A stretch of 64,000 nt of DNA from Candidatus Poseidoniaceae archaeon (GTDB taxonomy: Archaea > Thermoplasmatota > Poseidoniia > Poseidoniales > Poseidoniaceae): assembly GCA_938075675.1 (NCBI GenBank), contig CALJHE010000005.1, positions 71,097-135,096 on the forward strand, given 5' to 3'. The notes under the pieces were generated by a model, which saw nothing but the letters and a program-made list of their open reading frames with translations, had not been told where the DNA came from and made no database searches. Shown here in pieces: positions 59,732 to 64,000 of the stretch; position 1 is the stretch's first letter; the number at the start of each line of letters is the position of its first letter. The position numbers were made by a program, and so were the translations under genes.

Positions 59732-61699
59732 ATGGTCGTGGCGTGGCGTACTTCCAAGCGGTGGCTCAACCACCTTGACCAACGCGGAGAGTTGTTGAAA
59801 ATTTCTCGACCGGTTGACGTACAGTTCGAAGCTGGCGCAATTGCGGATTTGCTGGTCAAGAATGACGGGCCGGCTGTTCTGTTTGAGCAACCGCGCCTCC
59901 CTGATGGTTCAATCAGCGAGATACCATTGGCTATGAATTTGTTTGGCGGCCAAGACCGTACACTTCGTGCACTCGGAGCAAGTCACGAAACTGAAATTGG
60001 CGATCGGATGGTTGCCATGATGAAGCCAGACATAGGACTCTACATGCGCAAGCCGTGGAAAGGCCTCCCGCTTGTCCGGGATGCGTTAGCAATGCCTCCA
60101 CGAAAGAAGCGTAAGGGGAACTGCCAGCGTGTGAAATTGCCTCTTGATTTGACGAAACTTCCTATCCCGACCACATGGCCAAAAGACGGTGGTCCGTTCG
60201 TTACCCTCCCCTTAGTTGTCACTAAGAACCCTAAAAATGGCGAGCACAATCTTGGCATGTATCGCGCTCAAGTGTTTGGGCCAAAGCAAATCGGGCTTCA
60301 CTGGCAAATCCACAAACATGCTGCTGACCATGCTGCAGCTGTCAAAGAAGCGGGCGGTGACGGTCGAATGCCTGTTGCGATTTGTATGGGTGGACCGCCA
60401 GAACTTATTTTCTCAGCTATTTCTCCATTACCAGACAATTTGAGTGAGTATCAATTCGCAGGAATTTTAGGTAGAAAGTCTCTCCCTATCACCAAAGCCC
60501 TGACGCAAGATTTGATGGTTCCTGCTGAAGCAGATATCGTCATTGAAGGCTACTGTATTCCTGGTGAAACTCGTCTTGAAGGGCCGTTTGGCGACCACTT
60601 CGGATTTTATTCCTTGACTGGACAATATCCAGTAATGCACGTTACAGCAATTACCTGTCGAAAGGATGCGGTCTTGGCTGCTACCATTGTCGGACTGCCT
60701 CCAATGGAAGACGGGCATTTGGGTGAAGCAATCGGACGTCAATTCTCACCTGTCCTCAATTTCCAACATCGAGATGTTAGCAGCGTCCATCTTCCAATGG
60801 AAACCGGTTTCCACAACCTCGCCATTGTATCTTCAAAACAACGCTATCCTCGGCAGGGAAGAAAAACAGCACTTGGTTTGCTTGGTGCAGGTCAAATGAT
60901 GTTCTTGAAAACGATGATAGCGGTTGATGAAGGTCAAAATCCGAAAAACTTGGAAGCACTGCTCGATGCATTGAATTCCAAAGTTGATATTGCAACCGAT
61001 GTGCTTGTTCTCGATGGAATGGTGGCTGATTCTTTGGAGGCTGCGAGCCCCTATGAAAACGTCCATAGTAAGTTACTGATTGATGCTACGACGCTTGCTC
61101 AGCGAGATCCACGCTCCTCAAACGACCCGTTGGAAGGTTCGTACAGTCAAGCAACACCTGAATGGCGTCAAGGGATTGGCAAAGCACCGGGATTCTCCGG
61201 AATTGAAGACGTTCTCAAACTCGAACATGTCGCTGATGCGAGAATGCTACGGGACAGCATCATGGTTGTAACGACTCATATCGAAAACTCACCAACTCCT
61301 CAAGATGGTCAAGATGAGTCAAATGATGAAGCGGAGGCAGCAAGGAGAGAGCGTATTTCTCAATTGAGAAAATCAATTTGGCAATTGGATAAATCGTCTT
61401 CACTGCGGTGGCTTTTTATCACCAATGATGACTTGGACTTACACTGTGAAAAAGCACGACGTCGTCTCTTGTGGCAACTCACCTCTCGATTTGATGTTGG
61501 ACGCGGGCTCACGTTTGACGAAAACAAAGAACGGCTCTGCTGGGATGCCACTACACCAATCCCCTCCGAAGAACACGGCGTACGCAGATGGCCATCGATT
61601 ACTCTGCATTCCCCCGAGACATTGGAAAAAGTGGCGCAACATCCTGAATTAGAATCATATGAGTGGCCCCCCCACCTCTCCTTTGGGGGAACGCGGTAA
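59732..61699 (+). CDS. ubiD: UbiD-family prFMN decarboxylase (MqnL-like)
   Basis: NLGMYR, EGPFGDHFGFY and PPMED. Alternative GTG start at 59738. Confidence 0.88.
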   Translation: MVVAWRTSKRWLNHLDQRGELLKISRPVDVQFEAGAIADLLVKNDGPAVLFEQPRLPDGSISEIPLAMNLFGGQDRTLRALGASHETEIGDRMVAMMKPDIGLYMRKPWKGLPLVRDALAMPPRKKRKGNCQRVKLPLDLTKLPIPTTWPKDGGPFVTLPLVVTKNPKNGEHNLGMYRAQVFGPKQIGLHWQIHKHAADHAAAVKEAGGDGRMPVAICMGGPPELIFSAISPLPDNLSEYQFAGILGRKSLPITKALTQDLMVPAEADIVIEGYCIPGETRLEGPFGDHFGFYSLTGQYPVMHVTAITCRKDAVLAATIVGLPPMEDGHLGEAIGRQFSPVLNFQHRDVSSVHLPMETGFHNLAIVSSKQRYPRQGRKTALGLLGAGQMMFLKTMIAVDEGQNPKNLEALLDALNSKVDIATDVLVLDGMVADSLEAASPYENVHSKLLIDATTLAQRDPRSSNDPLEGSYSQATPEWRQGIGKAPGFSGIEDVLKLEHVADARMLRDSIMVVTTHIENSPTPQDGQDESNDEAEAARRERISQLRKSIWQLDKSSSLRWLFITNDDLDLHCEKARRRLLWQLTSRFDVGRGLTFDENKERLCWDATTPIPSEEHGVRRWPSITLHSPETLEKVAQHPELESYEWPPHLSFGGTR

Positions 61700-62619
61700 T
61701 GGATGCGAAACAAATCCTGTCCTTCATTAAAATCGAACACACCTTGTTCTCTCTCCCCTTTGTTCTGGTTGGGTATTTTATTGCCATTGAGCAGTTCAAC
61801 ATATCGCCGGGTATTGACTTACTCTGGATTCTTCTCGCTGCAGTGGGTGCACGTGGCCTGGCAATGGCTCTCAATCGAATCATTGACCGAGATATTGATG
61901 CAGCAAATCCTCGAACGAAAGACCGTCATCTTGCATCCGGAGCAATGAGTCTGCGCACCGCTTGGGCGCTTTCGGCTTTTTTCTTGTTCATGCTCCTTGT
62001 GAGCGCTGGATTACTCAACCGAGTTGCACTGATGATGTCATGGCTACCTGTTCTTGTCTTCGTGATCTACCCCTACATGAAAAGATACACCTGGCTGTGC
62101 CATTTCTGGCTTGGACTATGCCTGGGTCTTGCCCCTGCAGGTGCTTGGGCAGCAATGGCAGCAGACGTGCATGGATGGGCTGCCATAACAGGAATGTTCG
62201 AATCTGAAACCGAATTTTTGTGGTCAGCAACAATCCTACCCATTTCTGTAGGCGTTGCGTTGTGGATCGCTGCTTTTGACATCAATTATGCTCGCATGGA
62301 TGTCGAGAACGACCGCAACAGTGGCATACACTCATTCCCATCTCGATTCGGTGAAGAACTAACAACACGTGCTACGGTTCAGTTGACACTTGTTTGGTTT
62401 GCATGTTTTGCTGTCTCCAACCCAATGGACGGGATTTGGTTTCTTACTGCTGCTGGATTGATGGCAGGATTGAACATTTGGGTCGTCTTAGCAAAAGACA
62501 AGTTTGAAGACTTCCAAACGGTCTTATTCCGAGCCTCAATGTTGACTGGATGGATGCTATTGTTTGCACTCATCATCGGTTTCATGCTGGAGCCAAACTC
62601 TGAATGGACGTTGGACTGA
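61699..62619 (+). CDS. ubiA: UbiA-family prenyltransferase (MqnP-like)
   Basis: IKIEHTLFSLPF, NRIIDRDIDAANPRT and FDINYARMDVEND; TAATG overlap with ubiD. Confidence 0.9.
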   Translation: MDAKQILSFIKIEHTLFSLPFVLVGYFIAIEQFNISPGIDLLWILLAAVGARGLAMALNRIIDRDIDAANPRTKDRHLASGAMSLRTAWALSAFFLFMLLVSAGLLNRVALMMSWLPVLVFVIYPYMKRYTWLCHFWLGLCLGLAPAGAWAAMAADVHGWAAITGMFESETEFLWSATILPISVGVALWIAAFDINYARMDVENDRNSGIHSFPSRFGEELTTRATVQLTLVWFACFAVSNPMDGIWFLTAAGLMAGLNIWVVLAKDKFEDFQTVLFRASMLTGWMLLFALIIGFMLEPNSEWTLD

Positions 62620-62705
62620 AAGACTCTCATCTGGATGCTGGTCGGTTCTTTAGACCACACTTCACCTATGGAAAGTTGATGTGCCTCAAACGTCCACGTT
62701 GATTC

Positions 62706-63089
62706 ATGAACCCACTTGTGAAATCTCTGCTTGAATTCAACGAAGCCTTTGAAATCCCAAAACTCGAATCCCCTGGACTTGGAACAGATGAAATGATTGA
62801 ACTGCGAATCAAATTACTTCGCGAGGAAGTAGAAGAATACGCAGAGGCTGCTCGGGCAGGTGATATGGTAGAGGTTCTCGATGCACTTGCAGACATTGGA
62901 TACATCCTTGCAGGAACAATCATCAATCACGGCATGCAGAATATCTATGATGATGCATTCAATGAAGTTCACCGCTCGAATATGGCGAAACTCGTCGATG
63001 GAAAAGTCATTCGTCGTGAAGATGGGAAAGTGCTGAAGCCAGAAGGGTGGCAACCCCCTCAACTGGCACAGTTTCTCACCGATGAGTGA
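62706..63089 (+). CDS. MazG-like all-alpha NTP pyrophosphohydrolase
   Basis: EEVEE...DALAD, EVHRSNMAK and REDGKVLKP. Confidence 0.85.
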   Translation: MNPLVKSLLEFNEAFEIPKLESPGLGTDEMIELRIKLLREEVEEYAEAARAGDMVEVLDALADIGYILAGTIINHGMQNIYDDAFNEVHRSNMAKLVDGKVIRREDGKVLKPEGWQPPQLAQFLTDE

Positions 63090-63141
63090 TAGATCTTTGA
63101 ATCGCTGGGAATAGGAACGACGGACATAGAGGTGATGATTG

Positions 63142-63435
63142 ATGGATGAACATCCTCCACTGATAGGTACGCCATTCCAACTTTTGGTTTGGAAGGCCCT
63201 GAAAGAGATTCCGAGAGGAGAAGTTCGAACATACAAACAACTCGCCGCCCAGATTGGACGGCCTCAATCCATTCGGGCGGTGGCAAATGCTTGCGGAAAA
63301 AATCCGTACATCGTGAAAATACCTTGCCACCGGGTCATCCGCTCCGACGGAGGACTAGGAGGCTATAGCGGAGCAGGCGGGATTGAGCAGAAACGTCGGC
63401 TGCTCAAACAAGAAGGCGTCATTATTCCCATTTGA
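63142..63435 (+). CDS. O6-methylguanine-DNA methyltransferase (C-terminal domain only)
   Basis: FQLLVW...IPRGEVRTY, RAV, NP...PCHRV and LGGY. Confidence 0.88.
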   Translation: MDEHPPLIGTPFQLLVWKALKEIPRGEVRTYKQLAAQIGRPQSIRAVANACGKNPYIVKIPCHRVIRSDGGLGGYSGAGGIEQKRRLLKQEGVIIPI

Positions 63436-63438
63436 CGA

Positions 63439-64000
63439 CTATTCTTCAGTGCCCTCAAGATCAGCAGAATGAACTACCAATTCCTTCAGTTCGCGTATTT
63501 CCGTTTTCAGTTCTGAGAGGATTCTTGAGAACCCCTCATCGTCCTCATCCTCAATATCTATGGCAGCCATTGTGTTGGTGAAAACCGCAATGAACATGTT
63601 GAGGAAAGTGAACGAAGTGCTGATGATGTAGGTCACGAAGAAAATGGCAGCCCACCAGCCCTGCTCTTCGATAATAAGTCTCGCAATTCCGTTCGACCAT
63701 GATTCAAGCGTCATGATTTGGAACAATGAGTAGAGAGAATCACCGAGTGTTCCAAAGTACATTTCACCTACTTCACCGCCATCACGGAACAACATTGTCC
63801 CCATTACCGAATAAACATACATGACAATTACAAGCAACCAGCTGATTGCCATGATACCACGTAATGAACGCAGCATTGCTTCAACCATACGCTGCATCTC
63901 AGGCATACTCGTAACCAAACGCAAAGCACGGAACACTCTGAATACACGGAGTACGCTGAGAGGACCTGTCGCTGGAGCTACAGAAAAAAGTATGACGAGG
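63439..64000 (-). CDS. Voltage-gated cation channel, BacNav/NaChBac-like (N-terminus beyond the right edge)
   Basis: S4 segment LRVFRVFRALRLV; filter FQIMTLESWS; S6 LNMFIAV; C-terminal coiled coil. Confidence 0.88.
   Translation of the reverse strand, partial: LVILFSVAPATGPLSVLRVFRVFRALRLVTSMPEMQRMVEAMLRSLRGIMAISWLLVIVMYVYSVMGTMLFRDGGEVGEMYFGTLGDSLYSLFQIMTLESWSNGIARLIIEEQGWWAAIFFVTYIISTSFTFLNMFIAVFTNTMAAIDIEDEDDEGFSRILSELKTEIRELKELVVHSADLEGTEE

Noticed and set aside
62706-63435. MazG-like and methyltransferase genes as a prophage or defence module
   Set aside because: No integrase, structural genes or att-like repeats; consistent with ordinary nucleotide sanitation and DNA repair.
1-64000. 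CRISPR array, tRNA, rRNA, IS elements
   Set aside because: Intergenic gaps are about 200 nt or less, and none showed repeat-spacer periodicity, a cloverleaf or terminal inverted repeats by eye; a covariance-model scan was not possible.

Overview
Gene-dense 64 kb chromosomal segment of an archaeon, most likely Marine Group II (Poseidoniales, Thermoplasmatota). That placement is inferred from MC1, Hjc, archaeal Lhr, S26B peptidase, presenilin homologue, DacZ, geranylgeranyl reductase, GGTGA/GGAGG ribosome-binding sites and giant Asp/Thr/Ser-rich surface proteins alongside bacterial-type metabolic genes. About 43 CDS are supported, two of them truncated by the window edges. One of these is a >1700-codon minus-strand surface protein at 1-5120 that the ORF track misses. 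The content is mostly housekeeping and metabolic: actinobacterial-type three-gene succinate dehydrogenase, leucine-catabolism carboxylase operon, UbiD/UbiA, CcmF, CrtI-family desaturase, FolC and SerRS. I saw no tRNA, rRNA, CRISPR array or transposase, and no clearly self-contained novel system. The best leads are: a presenilin with a ~380-aa inserted ectodomain; a TIGR03790-like domain split by nested PA14/LamG modules; a macrodomain-diadenylate cyclase gene pair; structured non-coding elements on both sides of the MC1 gene; and a recurrent non-canonical TATA-like box (TTGATR/TTNAWR) starting 29-30 nt before start codons. All family calls come from motif recognition by eye, not database searches.
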